41,458 bases of DNA from a virus, in UHGV virus genome UHGV-0205600; one strand, written 5' to 3'. Shown piece by piece: positions 1 to 10,781 of this stretch. The position numbers and the translations under genes are program-made. The notes beneath the pieces were generated by a model, which had not been told where the DNA came from, did not search any database, and saw only the letters and a program-made list of their open reading frames with translations. How positions within the stretch are numbered: position 1 is the first letter of the stretch; the number at the start of each line of letters is the position of its first letter.

Positions 1-9
1 ATGTGGCTG

Positions 10-951
10 TTAAATGCCATCAACGTACGAAATGGTTTCTTTGTACACTGGCTCGACTGCACCCAGCTTGCCGTAGTAAGTGACGATCTGATACAGACCG
101 CGATACTGCACCGGCACGCTCTGAAGCGGAACCAGCGGGTAGCGGACGTATTTTTTATCGTTGGTGTACGCAACCATGCGATCCTTATTCCCCACACCAC
201 GGCCTTTCAGCCATTTAACCGCGCGGATATTCAGCGGAATACCGTTCTGGTGATAGCTGATGGTGTTGGTCTGAAGGTACGTCAACAGGGACTGGTTACC
301 CGCAGATGAAACGATGATGCTGGACAACAGAGCAAACTGCTCAGGCGGGATCAGCAAATCACGCGGAACCACAGAGTAACCGGAAGCGGCCCACGCATCA
401 GACAGCACCTGGTTAATGCTTGCGCGGATTTCGTCCGGTGTTGAGGTTGCCCACGTTTTGGCAGCGTTGTTGACAGGCACACCGTCCAGGGTAACAAGAC
501 CTTTCAGGTTTAATGCGGAATCGCCAACATACACCTGTTCATCGTTATCCATCTGCCATTTCAGTTGCATCCCGTCATACTTCTGCGTATCGATCGGGCG
601 TCCGACCTGCTGAGCAGCCTGCAATTCTATGACCGTCCAGCCAAGTTCCATCCCCCACAGGTTCAGCGGGTTACCGGATTTGCCGATATCCACGTTTACG
701 CCAGCAATAGCGGTTGAGTCTTTGCCTACCCAGTTTTTGCCATTCGGATTTGCACCAGTACCCGCAGCGGCGAAGCTGGTATTCGTCCAGCTGGAAATGT
801 CATCTGCGATGGAGACATCTTCACGCAGTTGGATATCGCGGGTCCAGGTGTACCCCACCAGTGGCAGGTTCAGCGTCTGGTCGAGTCGCTCCAGCTCCCC
901 GATGAGAAAGGCACCAGAGCTGTCAACGGTTGCCTGATCAAAAGTAATCAT
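10..951 (-). CDS. major capsid protein
   Basis: 313-aa ORF, last gene of the head operon downstream of portal, F-like and scaffold genes; assignment by position and size. Confidence 0.6.
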   Translation of the reverse strand: MITFDQATVDSSGAFLIGELERLDQTLNLPLVGYTWTRDIQLREDVSIADDISSWTNTSFAAAGTGANPNGKNWVGKDSTAIAGVNVDIGKSGNPLNLWGMELGWTVIELQAAQQVGRPIDTQKYDGMQLKWQMDNDEQVYVGDSALNLKGLVTLDGVPVNNAAKTWATSTPDEIRASINQVLSDAWAASGYSVVPRDLLIPPEQFALLSSIIVSSAGNQSLLTYLQTNTISYHQNGIPLNIRAVKWLKGRGVGNKDRMVAYTNDKKYVRYPLVPLQSVPVQYRGLYQIVTYYGKLGAVEPVYKETISYVDGI

Positions 952-962
952 TCGTCTGTTCC

Positions 963-1469
963 TTAAATCTTCCAGGAAATTTCTGCATTGCCGTCAGCAT
1001 CACCGGCACCTGTGAATTCAGCGTTGGTCAGCACCACGTTTTTGCCACTGACTGACGTGGCCATGAATCCACCCAGCGGCACTTTGATGGATTCATCAGT
1101 GGAGACGACAACGTATACCGGGTCGCCTTTTTTGATGGTGCTGGCATCAAAATCAGAACCGAGATTAACGGTCACGTAGCCACGCTTCATTGCGTCGCCC
1201 GGGAAGTTCTTGCCACTCCCCACCTGGCGAACCATGTCCGGCTGCGAAGTGGTCGGATAAGGGCGCACATAGATCCCCTTCACCTTGTCTGCGGTATCAC
1301 CATCTGCCAGCGGCACGAAAAAACCGTCATCATCGTATTTACCAGCCAGCCCATAGGCAGCAAAGGCGTTATCGGATTTAAGGACCACCGGTTCGACGGT
1401 TAAGTCCTGCGGGCGAGAGACAGCCCCGGCAATGCCAACAGGCATCCGGTACAGAAATACATTATTCAT
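963..1469 (-). CDS. head protein, possibly decoration or scaffold-associated
   Basis: 168-aa ORF between the putative scaffold/protease and capsid genes; assignment by position only. Confidence 0.4.
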   Translation of the reverse strand: MNNVFLYRMPVGIAGAVSRPQDLTVEPVVLKSDNAFAAYGLAGKYDDDGFFVPLADGDTADKVKGIYVRPYPTTSQPDMVRQVGSGKNFPGDAMKRGYVTVNLGSDFDASTIKKGDPVYVVVSTDESIKVPLGGFMATSVSGKNVVLTNAEFTGAGDADGNAEISWKI

Positions 1470-1472
1470 TTT

Positions 1473-2693
1473 TTACCCTTTACGGTTTGCCCAGAATTCA
1501 GCGTTTTGTTTGTTCAGGGAAGCGATACTGGTCATGCCCATATTTGGGCGCTGTGCATCGCCGGTGGTGGCGCGGGTGTTTCGCCCTTTGGCAATCTCAG
1601 ACACGGCATTAAACGCCATGTCGACTGATTGTTTCGGCAATTTGCGGATATCCGCATCACCGACTATCTGGCGAACCAGCGTTTTGTCAGCAGAAGCCAG
1701 AACCTCACGTTTGAACGCGGTCGGTTTCATCTTACGGCTCAGATCAATACCCGGAACGATAACTTCGGCACGCCAGGCTGAGTCACCAGTAATCGTGGTT
1801 TCCTCTTCATCGTCCTCGCCGTCACCGGTCGGATTATCGTCAGGCTTATTGTCGTTATCGCCCGTCGCATTTCCTTCCAGCTTAGCCAGCAGGGCTTTCA
1901 GTAATGTTTTGAGGTCATCATCACTGTCGCCCGTTGGACCTCCGCCCATCTCTGGTGCTTTGTCCGGTAGCGGTTGCTGTGGGGACAGGTTGATGTTGAG
2001 ATTAACGCCCTGCGGCAAATCCCCCTCATCTCCTGTAACCGATGCGGGAGCCGACTCCACCAGTTCGTTCATGGTGTCAGCGTCACCCGTTTTGATGGCC
2101 GTGCGCATGCGGGTCCACCAGCTTTTCTTTTGATTTGCCATTGTGTCTCTGTCTCCAATTGCACAACGATTTCCGGCTCTGCCTTTAGGGACAAGAGCCA
2201 CATGGTTTCCGGTAATATCAACCTGCTCAGCCTTACCCGGCTCAGTCTGCTTATATTCCGCGTCATAGCCACACGACACTTCGCGCAGGCCATCTTCGAT
2301 CAGCTGAATGGCGTTTTCGTCTTTGACGATAAGGTCAGCCAGCATCAAATCAGACTGCACACCCGTCCCGCGCCGGACATTCTGAAGATGCCCGACCGCG
2401 AGCTCTTTCCAGTTCTCTGGATTCACCAGCCGCACATCCCCGTTTTCATCCTCGGGATGCAACACCGTGATACTCATTCCTTCGAATGAGGCAAGCGTGG
2501 CGGGATGGAATACCTGCTCAGGAGAACGCGTGACGACTATTTCACCGAACTTATCGGGTTTCAGTTTTGGCAGGTCATCAGCACCATAGAGCTGCTTACC
2601 TGTTCGTCCTATCGGCACGTCTTTGCACAGCAACGAGCCGTCAGCCAGCTGATAGCGGGTTTCCCCCAGCCGGGTATTGAAAAAATATTTCAT
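1473..2693 (-). CDS. putative prohead protease/scaffold protein
   Basis: 406-aa ORF with a central acidic Asp/Glu/Gly-rich linker, located between the head morphogenesis and capsid genes. Confidence 0.5.
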   Translation of the reverse strand: MKYFFNTRLGETRYQLADGSLLCKDVPIGRTGKQLYGADDLPKLKPDKFGEIVVTRSPEQVFHPATLASFEGMSITVLHPEDENGDVRLVNPENWKELAVGHLQNVRRGTGVQSDLMLADLIVKDENAIQLIEDGLREVSCGYDAEYKQTEPGKAEQVDITGNHVALVPKGRAGNRCAIGDRDTMANQKKSWWTRMRTAIKTGDADTMNELVESAPASVTGDEGDLPQGVNLNINLSPQQPLPDKAPEMGGGPTGDSDDDLKTLLKALLAKLEGNATGDNDNKPDDNPTGDGEDDEEETTITGDSAWRAEVIVPGIDLSRKMKPTAFKREVLASADKTLVRQIVGDADIRKLPKQSVDMAFNAVSEIAKGRNTRATTGDAQRPNMGMTSIASLNKQNAEFWANRKG

Positions 2694-2707
2694 GTGTTAC
2701 CTGCGAT

Positions 2708-3442
2708 TCAGGCGGGATAAGAATGGGAGGTGGGAAAAACGATTTCTTTATAACAGCGACAATTCGGGAGCTCGCCAGCGTGACCGGTCATGCCATCAAG
2801 CGTTGGAGGTTTGCCCCATTCGACAAATTTACCTTCCATTTCCCGATGAGAATGCCTGACGTCACCATCTTCGGCTGTACGCCAGATATAACCATTCGAA
2901 CCAATTGCCAGCGCACGCGCCTGATCCAGCGCGCCGGTTGCACGTCCAAGTTCAGTACGGGCAATCAGGTCAGCTCTGGACTTTGCTATATCACCCGATG
3001 CGGCTATTTCTTTAGCAAAATGTTCCGCTCTCCCACCGGTCACAACAGCTTCAATCGCCCGATTCTGGATGTCGTACACCCTGTCAGCCGCCTCGAGGGG
3101 TAGCGATTTAATGTACTTAACCTGTTCAGCAACGATGGATTTCATCACCTGCCCTGGCGGGGCACTGTTTACCAGATTGCGTAGCTCACGGCTGATGGTT
3201 TTGCTGTGTTTACGCCACTGCTCATCATTCTTGCGCACAATATCGGCAGTAAAGTTTTCCGCGACCTTTGTCGCCCAGGGGGTGATGATTTCACTGTAGC
3301 GTTCCAGCGCCTCAATAATTTCCGTGATACTGTCATTTGAACCATCGTAGTGACCATTTACGATGTCCCCTACCGCCCGCGCTATCCTGCGTAGGCTGGT
3401 TCGATACCGGATTTCCGCCTGACGGTTCCTGCGGTTCGTCAT
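2708..3442 (-). CDS. head morphogenesis protein (Mu F / SPP1 gp7-like)
   Basis: Immediately downstream of portal; C-terminal GELPNCRCY-type motif typical of the F-like family; the longest ORF (to 3481) overlaps the portal end, so the start is probably an internal Met. Confidence 0.65.
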   Translation of the reverse strand: MTNRRNRQAEIRYRTSLRRIARAVGDIVNGHYDGSNDSITEIIEALERYSEIITPWATKVAENFTADIVRKNDEQWRKHSKTISRELRNLVNSAPPGQVMKSIVAEQVKYIKSLPLEAADRVYDIQNRAIEAVVTGGRAEHFAKEIAASGDIAKSRADLIARTELGRATGALDQARALAIGSNGYIWRTAEDGDVRHSHREMEGKFVEWGKPPTLDGMTGHAGELPNCRCYKEIVFPTSHSYPA

Positions 3443-4799
3443 CAGGTTCGCCGATGCCGGGCGGCGCTTCATCTTCGGCATTCTCGATGTCCTCGTCGGT
3501 AATGGATGCCCCGATGCCGGTTACGTCAGAATTTTCTCGCAAATCAGTCATAGCGGCTTTCAGTGTCATCAGACCATCACCCAGCGCTGTACTGATTGCG
3601 TTGGTAGTGTTTAACGCCACCGTTGAGCGATCGACATCAGACATTTGCCAGAGCGGGTTAAACTCAAACGTGAAATCGTCCGGCAGCGGCTTGCCAAGCT
3701 CCGAACGATGCATGATGTCCAGTATCCGCCGCACCGGAAGACGTAAACGCCTCTCCTGCAACGAGCTTACCCGGTCGTAATAGTTGGCAAGGTCTGCATC
3801 GCCGGTAGAAAATCCCTTCGGGGACTGTCCGAACAACCGCACCAGTGGGATACCAACAGCGCCACTAATCTGTTCTGCAAACTGTGAAAGGATGTCATCC
3901 AGACCACTGAAGCTGTACTGATGGGTTTCAAACTTATCCCGCGAGTCCATGAGAGTCATGCCTTCATTGCTCTGGAACTGTCGAATCAGGTCAATATTCT
4001 TCAGCAACGCTTCATACGCAGGACCACCAAGTGCGATAAGCTCGCGTAGCTTCTCCACGCTGTAGGTACGCAAATGCGCTTTGTAGACCAGCTGCGCCGC
4101 GCCGACAGTAGCGCTGTCGAACGCGGTAAGACGATCCCAGATACGCTCTACAACCGACATTCCCCATTCGTTCTCGGTCATCTTCTGCTGAAATGGCAGC
4201 GTGACGCCATCAAAGCGAATCAGTCGACTGTGATGAATGCGCCAGGCAGGAATTCCCGTTGCTGTGGTCACCACATCGTAAAACTCAGGTTTACCCAGGT
4301 CCGGCCCCATATCTTTAATGCGGCGGGTCAGTACCGGGTCAATCATCCAGCGGTCGAGCGGGAGAATCCCCTTAAACTTGCCCTTACCGATGGTTTCGGG
4401 TCGCAGCGGGGTCATTGGTGCCTGCCCCTCAATCATGATGAAACCCACCGCGCCGCCGTAGAGGCGCGACCATTTCAGCACGTCATTCAGCGCATCCCAG
4501 ATTTGCAACTCATCCAGTTGTGATTCGAGAATGCCGCGATCTTTTGCATCAATTTCCGAAGTGATGCGAATGCCTTTGCGGGTCATATCATCCGGGATAG
4601 CATCGACCGCTTCGCCGATGATCCAGGACGAACGATAGGACCATTCCACCAGCATGCGGTTACGACTGGTGAAATTAGCCCGGTAGGTGGATGCTGAGTG
4701 CTGGTTAGTTGTCTGCATCCCTACGCGGGCAATAAAATTCTCATAACCATCAGCTGTGGCCTGCGCAGTTCGCCGCAGGGCTTGTTTGTTTCGTGCCAT
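3333..4799 (-). CDS. portal protein
   Basis: 488-aa ORF directly downstream of the large terminase with a 1-nt overlap and an acidic C-terminus; position and size typical of a portal. Confidence 0.7.
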   Translation of the reverse strand: MARNKQALRRTAQATADGYENFIARVGMQTTNQHSASTYRANFTSRNRMLVEWSYRSSWIIGEAVDAIPDDMTRKGIRITSEIDAKDRGILESQLDELQIWDALNDVLKWSRLYGGAVGFIMIEGQAPMTPLRPETIGKGKFKGILPLDRWMIDPVLTRRIKDMGPDLGKPEFYDVVTTATGIPAWRIHHSRLIRFDGVTLPFQQKMTENEWGMSVVERIWDRLTAFDSATVGAAQLVYKAHLRTYSVEKLRELIALGGPAYEALLKNIDLIRQFQSNEGMTLMDSRDKFETHQYSFSGLDDILSQFAEQISGAVGIPLVRLFGQSPKGFSTGDADLANYYDRVSSLQERRLRLPVRRILDIMHRSELGKPLPDDFTFEFNPLWQMSDVDRSTVALNTTNAISTALGDGLMTLKAAMTDLRENSDVTGIGASITDEDIENAEDEAPPGIGEPDDEPQEPSGGNPVSNQPTQDSAGGRGHRKWSLRWFK

Positions 4800-6421
4800 C
4801 AGGCCTGTCTCCCTAGCAGCTCCCAGATGTTCAGGGCTGAATTCATTGGGGCATAGTTGATCATCACCGAGTCGGCAAGGTTTGGCGATCGGGTTCCATC
4901 AGGCTGTTTATCAATAACTATTTTTCCCACACCATTAATGGAATAGGTCGGCTGCGAAAGCTCGATGATGAGTTTATCTTTGAGTGCCATGCTACTGCTG
5001 ATTGAGATGATTTCGTCCGGGTTGTAAGCCATACCTTCAACCACGGCGCGCCAGGTATTCTGAAAAAGTTTACGTAACCGCCACCAGCTCTGGGCTTTGG
5101 CGTTAGCGAAGAAGTCCTTGTTCAGACGTGCGGCTTGCCCGTTGTCCCCGCGAACAGCTTCATCATCCGGATCAAATACCGCGCCACTACCTCGAAACGG
5201 TGTGGCAAGTATTGACGGTCGACGCGCAGCGTTACGCAGTTCGTTGATAGCGCGTGCATCGCCGCGAACGCCAGCGCCCAGCCCGTCCTCGTCAAAGCGA
5301 AACTCTTCGAGGTTGTCCTGTTCGCAAAAGCCGAAAACCTTCTCGACGGACTGATAAATGTCGCTGCCCACACCGGACCATTCCCGCACATTTTCCAGGA
5401 GGAAGCCATGACGGGTGGAAAAGGCATTTTTGTCCCTGCCTTCATCAGCGACATCCATCGCGCCAAGTCGTTTGCCTGTTGGCTGGATACCCAGTCTGAT
5501 ATGCGCATCAACGGCAGCCTGTACCCATTCGGATGGAATCAGGACGCCTTCCGCTGATGCGCTGTAGTTCAGATCAAGTTCCTGTGCCACCACCACCGGA
5601 TTATCGATTTTCTCGCATTCCCTGCGATACCACTCTTCATCCTTGCGAGGATCATCCCGCCAGTGGAATGTGAATACCGGTATCTTCCCGCCATGACGCT
5701 TCTGAGCGAACGGGTTAGCCATGCCGTTAACTGAACTCAGGTCGATACGGCAACGCGTCGTTTGTGACAACGCCGCATCAATCAGCAGAGGACGCTGAAG
5801 GAATGCAGCCTCATCAACCAGATAAAGCGTGGCACGGTCACCACGACCAATATTATCGCCAGCCTCGCCTTTGATAACGGCACCAGTTTCAGGAAACTCA
5901 ACACGCATATATGGCGCGTGCTTCTTCTCGCTCCACGAACCGCGAAACTCTACAGGTAGTGTTTCCACGAACTTGCGCGCCTTCCAGAACAATGCTTTCG
6001 GGTCACCGGTGCTGTCGACGTATTCCTCTTTACGGGAGCCGAAACCGATAACCATTTCTTTGTTGAAGAGACAAAGCGAGCAGGCCAGTCCGATCGCGGT
6101 CCAACTGAGCCCCATTTCACGGGATTTTTCGGTAATACCATTCTCCCTATTGCCCCAGCGTTCCATAATCCAGTGGATCCACTCCTCCTGCTTAGGGAAG
6201 AGTAAAAACGGAATGGTCACCGGCAGGCCATAATCAATATTACGCGGGTCCGTTGTCATGCCCCAGTCGATGATGAACTGAGCCGGGTTGGTTCGGTAAA
6301 ACTGTTTTAGTGCTGGCAATATTTCAGGGTTCTGGCGAATGCGCTGTAAGCGTTCCATCCGCCATTCAAAAACCATCTGGTAATCAGGATTTTTAAAATC
6401 GAAGGGGAATGGTAACGGCAT
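4799..6421 (-). CDS. terminase large subunit
   Basis: 540-aa ORF following the small terminase; N-terminal ATPase-like and C-terminal nuclease-like layout; canonical terS-terL-portal order. Confidence 0.85.
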   Translation of the reverse strand: MPLPFPFDFKNPDYQMVFEWRMERLQRIRQNPEILPALKQFYRTNPAQFIIDWGMTTDPRNIDYGLPVTIPFLLFPKQEEWIHWIMERWGNRENGITEKSREMGLSWTAIGLACSLCLFNKEMVIGFGSRKEEYVDSTGDPKALFWKARKFVETLPVEFRGSWSEKKHAPYMRVEFPETGAVIKGEAGDNIGRGDRATLYLVDEAAFLQRPLLIDAALSQTTRCRIDLSSVNGMANPFAQKRHGGKIPVFTFHWRDDPRKDEEWYRRECEKIDNPVVVAQELDLNYSASAEGVLIPSEWVQAAVDAHIRLGIQPTGKRLGAMDVADEGRDKNAFSTRHGFLLENVREWSGVGSDIYQSVEKVFGFCEQDNLEEFRFDEDGLGAGVRGDARAINELRNAARRPSILATPFRGSGAVFDPDDEAVRGDNGQAARLNKDFFANAKAQSWWRLRKLFQNTWRAVVEGMAYNPDEIISISSSMALKDKLIIELSQPTYSINGVGKIVIDKQPDGTRSPNLADSVMINYAPMNSALNIWELLGRQA

Positions 6422-6423
6422 AC

Positions 6424-6975
6424 TTAGCCCATCATTTTTCTATACGCCTCTGCAGCCTGCTCCGGCGTTAAGTTGGTAATTTCTGTTCTGACTGGTCCTC
6501 CATCAGCGCCAGTCACTTCATTTTTGACGTTGTCTTTAAACGCCTGAACAGAAACATGACGCCCAAGCAACTCAAGGTTTTTAACCTTATCAGGCCATTT
6601 GATTTTCTTCAGAAGTGCGGCGCTATCTGCGGATACCATCTCCATGACATCCATTCCTGATAGCGTTGTGCGCCATACCTTAGGCCAGTCTTTAATGGGT
6701 TTTAGCTCACCGTTTTGCAGGAGAATGTCAAGCACATCCATCTGGTCGATTTCAATAAGGCGATTAAGCACATATTCTGCATTAATACCAACAAGATCAT
6801 TGCGTTGCGCTTTCAGTTCGGCGATTCTTAACTTGATGTCAGGTTTTGACAGGTTTTCGGATGCGGTACGGTTAGCTGTCTTAGCGCTGTACCCCGCCCG
6901 AATAGCCGCTTGCGTGGCGTTTAAATCGATGAGGTACTCGCGACAGAACATTTCTTGTTTGTCGGTGAGTGCCAT
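6424..6975 (-). CDS. terminase small subunit
   Basis: 183-aa ORF with N-terminal [15 protein letters not shown]...[12 protein letters not shown] helix-turn-helix typical of small terminases; directly upstream of terL. Confidence 0.75.
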   Translation of the reverse strand: MALTDKQEMFCREYLIDLNATQAAIRAGYSAKTANRTASENLSKPDIKLRIAELKAQRNDLVGINAEYVLNRLIEIDQMDVLDILLQNGELKPIKDWPKVWRTTLSGMDVMEMVSADSAALLKKIKWPDKVKNLELLGRHVSVQAFKDNVKNEVTGADGGPVRTEITNLTPEQAAEAYRKMMG

Positions 6976-7002
6976 GTATCTCTCTCTTAAAAAGGAAGCT
7001 TT

Positions 7003-7212
7003 ATGTCAAAAAATCCACGTACCCCTAAATTTAAAATCGGCGACATTGTTTATTTGGTTTCAGGCGGCCCGGCGATGGCTATTCAGGAGCCAATCATAAA
7101 CAGCTTTGATGTTTTTGTTGGTGATTACTGGTGTCAGTGGTTTTCAGGAAGAAAGCAAGAAAGAGCCAGATTTCCAGAAGAATCACTGACTGCTACCAAC
7201 CCAAAGCCGTAA
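7003..7212 (+). CDS. small protein, DUF2158/YodC-like
   Basis: 69-aa ORF with KIGDIVYLVSGGPAM motif resembling the YodC/DUF2158 family; divergent from terS. Confidence 0.5.
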   Translation: MSKNPRTPKFKIGDIVYLVSGGPAMAIQEPIINSFDVFVGDYWCQWFSGRKQERARFPEESLTATNPKP

Positions 7213-7247
7213 ACCCAAACGCACTCAAGTTGTCTCTTACAGACGTG

Positions 7248-7496
7248 ATGAAGTGGATGATGGCTCAGTTAGAATATGACGGTTGCCTGTATCAGGAAGA
7301 CGTAGTTGATTATTTAGTCAAACTCGATAATGAGCAGTTTCTGAAAGAAAATGCTGATGGTAATCTTGTTTTATCTACACCTGTCATTACCCAATTCCGC
7401 AAAGTAAGCGGTGATAAAGTGGTTTGGGTTAAGCCTGAGCGATATTGGCGTTATCGCGTTAATGAAGATGAGCCTGGTCGCGAAGCGCGCGGATAA
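7248..7496 (+). CDS. hypothetical protein
   Basis: In-frame ATG at 7248 (MKWMMAQ...) within ORF 7131..7496, 36 nt after the preceding gene; about 83 aa; no recognisable motif. Confidence 0.4.
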   Translation: MKWMMAQLEYDGCLYQEDVVDYLVKLDNEQFLKENADGNLVLSTPVITQFRKVSGDKVVWVKPERYWRYRVNEDEPGREARG

Positions 7497-7677
7497 ATAA
7501 TCTGTGGTGACTCTGTGTTATGGTCACCATTCTTATTCAACGGAATCCAAGTCCGGTTTTACCATAATTCTGCACCTAAAGTTAAAGCCATTACAATGAT
7601 GCTACCCATTTGACGGCAATAGAAAAGCCACTCGCACTTGCCAGTGGCCCTATGTCTTTTACTAAATCGCAGCTTGA

Positions 7678-8418
7678 TCAATGTTGAGGAAGTGAATTAA
7701 CTGCATTTACGATTGGTTCTAACGAGAAACCAGTCCCAATGCCAGGATTGGCATTAAGATTCAACATTTCATTAACCATTTGCAGTGAGCGACTGAACAT
7801 ATCTGCCATTCGTCCAAAGTTAACCCCCATGACTTCCACTGACATTTGCTGTGCTGCCTGCGCCAAATAGCCGCGAAGCTGAGCAACTTCATTAGAGAGC
7901 TGCTGCGCATCAGGCGGCAGAATGTATCGACGTTGAGTAACAATGCCTACAGCTTCTCCCGTTTCCCGGTCAATAATTGGACCGCCTGAATTTCCACCAT
8001 TAACCATTCCATCAAGAGCAAAACGCCCACTTTCCAGAGGGGCGGAAATAATCCCTTCATTCGTAAGCAATTGAGGCAGCCCATGCGGATACCCGGCAAA
8101 GATTAACTTTTTGCCTCGAGTTGGAGTAAATCCTACGGATGGTTGAAGTACTGTTCTCCCGGCAGGAAGCGGTGATTGCAACCGCATAATCGCAAAGTCG
8201 TTGTCACCATCAATGTACAATATTTGAGCTTCTATATGCTCATTAGATTCAGTCTGAAGGTTAACATGATTAATTTGACGCAGATTCTGCAAGTTACAGC
8301 AGGCGGCGACAACATGAAAATTGGTTACGACCAGATCTTCTCGCATAAAGCTGAACCCACTACCACGAGAATCCCCTGCAATGACCTGAAAAGTTGCGTT
8401 GGCTAGAGTTTGATGCAT
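7678..8418 (-). CDS. trypsin-like serine protease (S1 family), cytoplasmic
   Basis: 246-aa ORF with catalytic-triad motifs in order: TNFHVV (His), DNDFAIMRL (Asp), GGNSGGPI (Ser); no N-terminal signal peptide. Confidence 0.75.
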   Translation of the reverse strand: MHQTLANATFQVIAGDSRGSGFSFMREDLVVTNFHVVAACCNLQNLRQINHVNLQTESNEHIEAQILYIDGDNDFAIMRLQSPLPAGRTVLQPSVGFTPTRGKKLIFAGYPHGLPQLLTNEGIISAPLESGRFALDGMVNGGNSGGPIIDRETGEAVGIVTQRRYILPPDAQQLSNEVAQLRGYLAQAAQQMSVEVMGVNFGRMADMFSRSLQMVNEMLNLNANPGIGTGFSLEPIVNAVNSLPQH

Positions 8419-8531
8419 CGATTTGCTCCGATACCGGTGTGTGAAAAAATCATAATGAATTCATCCACCAGAATAATTGATGTGTCACATCAATTTACGC
8501 TCGAAATATTCAATACATCAATTAGCCCGTA

Positions 8532-8969
<438 letters not shown>

Positions 8970-9269
8970 TAAGGCTGGAGGTTCATCTTTCAGTGGCTGC
9001 CAGTGTTATTTCCCCACTTACTGGCTTGGGTTGTTTCGCTGTACTGCCGTAACTGGTTGCCCAGAATAAATTCCGGTTTCATTATCAAGCCCACCCGTAG
9101 ATAGGCTTTGTAATGAACTGGCTCTTATCTCAACGCAGCCCCTTACCGCGCGCCAGATGCTCAACTTCAAGCATCAGCAATGAGATGTTTAATCTGGATT
9201 CACTCCAGAAGTGATCACCACCCTGTCTACAGAGCCAGATGTGAAGGATGATGAGTAAAATTATCGCTA

Positions 9270-9719
9270 TCATCGAAGGCATTGCGTCCTGATGTATTCC
9301 TGCAAGTAGTTAACCTGCGCGGTTATCCTGTCGATTCCACTTCGGAGACGGTAATAATTGAGTTCAGCATCTGCTGTAAGTCTTGGGCTTTCTCCATCGC
9401 CCATGCTGCTGGCTCCGGTCGTTGACTTTGCACAGGTGGCGGCGACTTGCAGGCGCTTACGCCCAGCAGAAACATCAGCACGGAGACTTTCGATAGTCGC
9501 GTTAGCATCAGCAAGTTCCTTTGTATATCTTGCGTCGAGTTCTGCTACATCACGTTGACGCTTCTGCATATCAGCGATGATGGATGTGGCTTTATCGCGC
9601 TGTTCTTTGTAGGTCATGGCGTTATCACGGTAATGATTAACAGCCCATGACAGGCAGACGATGATGCAGATAACCAGAGCGGAGATAATCGCGGTTACTC
9701 TACTCATTGTTGCCCCCAC
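9270..9719 (-). CDS. Rz: i-spanin Rz
   Basis: 149-aa ORF after the endolysin with an N-terminal TM segment ([16 protein letters not shown]) and coiled-coil periplasmic region; embedded Rz1 in the +1 frame. Confidence 0.7.
   Translation of the reverse strand: MGATMSRVTAIISALVICIIVCLSWAVNHYRDNAMTYKEQRDKATSIIADMQKRQRDVAELDARYTKELADANATIESLRADVSAGRKRLQVAATCAKSTTGASSMGDGESPRLTADAELNYYRLRSGIDRITAQVNYLQEYIRTQCLR
9323..9514 (-). CDS. Rz1: o-spanin Rz1 (lipoprotein embedded in Rz)
   Basis: ORF wholly inside Rz in another frame; lipobox-like LLGVSAC followed by a Pro-rich segment. Confidence 0.55.
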   Translation of the reverse strand: MLMLTRLSKVSVLMFLLGVSACKSPPPVQSQRPEPAAWAMEKAQDLQQMLNSIITVSEVESTG

Positions 9720-10201
9720 AAACAGACTTCACGCTCAATCTCACGGCGAGTCATCAGCCCTTTCCATTGCTTACCGCCAGCGTATGTCCAGCGCCGTAGC
9801 TGATCACATGCGCCTTTGATATCGCCCTGGTTTATTTTGCGAAGAAGCGTCGATGTTCTGAAATTTCCAGCACCAACGTTGTAAACGAACGAGTAAAGAG
9901 CGCCGCGCGTTGTTTCCGGTATATCGACTTTGATGTACGGGTTAATTTGTCTGGCGACAGTGGCAAGGTCTTTATTCAGGAGGGCTTTGCATTCTGCTTC
10001 GGTATACGTTTTACCGAGCATAATGTCTTTTCCGGTATGCCCGTAACATACAGTCCATACACCAACGATATCTTTATATGGTATGTAGCTGACGCCTTCC
10101 AGACCATCGTTACCACTTGGGCCAGTGATTAACACAGATGCTATAGCAATAGCCCCGCCACCAATAGCCGCAGCAACGGCTTTTCGTAATGATGGAGGCA
10201 T
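9704..10201 (-). CDS. R: SAR endolysin (phage 21 R-type lysozyme)
   Basis: 165-aa ORF with N-terminal signal-anchor-release segment [16 protein letters not shown] and lysozyme core; matches recalled phage 21 R. Confidence 0.85.
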   Translation of the reverse strand: MPPSLRKAVAAAIGGGAIAIASVLITGPSGNDGLEGVSYIPYKDIVGVWTVCYGHTGKDIMLGKTYTEAECKALLNKDLATVARQINPYIKVDIPETTRGALYSFVYNVGAGNFRTSTLLRKINQGDIKGACDQLRRWTYAGGKQWKGLMTRREIEREVCLWGQQ

Positions 10202-10416
10202 TATTCACCTCTCGCAGCCTTTCTTCTGTCTTCTCTGATTTTGAAGTACAGATTTGTCAGATAGGTGAGAAAGCCCAACACAAGGCTTCCAAGCACCCCA
10301 ATCGCAGCCCACTGTGATGGACTGACCTGATCCAACCACTGCAAAAACCAGTATCCCGCACTACCAGCGGATGTTCCGTAGGCAATGCCAGTTGAGATTT
10401 TGTCCATTGATTTCAT
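10201..10416 (-). CDS. S: pinholin (phage 21 S-type), dual-start
   Basis: 71-aa ORF starting MKSMDK (dual-start holin/antiholin motif) with two TM segments; immediately upstream of the SAR endolysin. Confidence 0.85.
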   Translation of the reverse strand: MKSMDKISTGIAYGTSAGSAGYWFLQWLDQVSPSQWAAIGVLGSLVLGFLTYLTNLYFKIREDRRKAARGE

Positions 10417-10534
10417 AGCAACGCCTCCGCCAGTAACGGATTGCGTAGTTCTTATATTGGGAAGGGAGAAAAAGAAGACCGCAGCATAACTATCACTGAT
10501 GAATTCAGGACATCCAGTGGCTACGGCTCAGTTA

Positions 10535-10611
10535 TGGTGCTGGTTAACGGACTTGAACCGCTACCCATTCGCTTACAAGGCGACCGCTCTACCATTGGAG
10601 CTAAACCAGCA
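10535..10611 (-). tRNA. tRNA gene, anticodon tentatively UGU (Thr)
   Basis: Minus-strand read gives perfect 7-bp acceptor stem gctggtt/aaccagc, D-arm gctc/gagc with GG in loop, T-arm ggttcaagtcc, discriminator A and encoded CCA; anticodon stem has one mismatch. Confidence 0.55.
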
Positions 10612-10615
10612 TATT

Positions 10616-10690
10616 TGGCGGGACAGCGTGGACTCGAACCACGATAAGAAGGTTAACAGCCTTCCGTAATGACCTTTATACGACTGACCC
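10616..10690 (-). tRNA. tRNA-like gene, anticodon tentatively GUU (Asn), non-canonical
   Basis: Minus-strand read has T-arm cgtgg-ttcgagt-ccacg, anticodon arm gaagg-ctgttaa-ccttc and encoded CCA, but the acceptor stem has a U-U mismatch and the D-arm spacing is short. Confidence 0.45.
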
Positions 10691-10781
10691 AAATAAAAAA
10701 AGCCACCGTTGCAACTTAAGAGTCACTAACGGCAGCTTATGCGAATAGTGTTGCTCATTTGCTCAATGATGTCAACACGTT

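Noticed and set aside
1-309. Plus-strand 102-aa ORF at the window start
   Set aside because: Lies entirely antisense within the major capsid gene, with no RBS or recognisable motif; typical shadow ORF.
1432-6233. Multiple plus-strand ORFs of 60-230 aa (for example 1432-2133, 1974-2489, 4074-4523, 5829-6233) inside the head operon
   Set aside because: All are antisense to long, well-supported minus-strand structural genes and have low-complexity Ser/Pro/Arg-rich translations typical of GC-rich frame shadows.
10441-10534. Possible third tRNA upstream of the two tRNA-like genes (plus ORF 10441-10647 in the track)
   Set aside because: No T-arm or acceptor-stem pattern could be folded; the 68-aa ORF in the track runs antisense across the tRNA sequences and is spurious.
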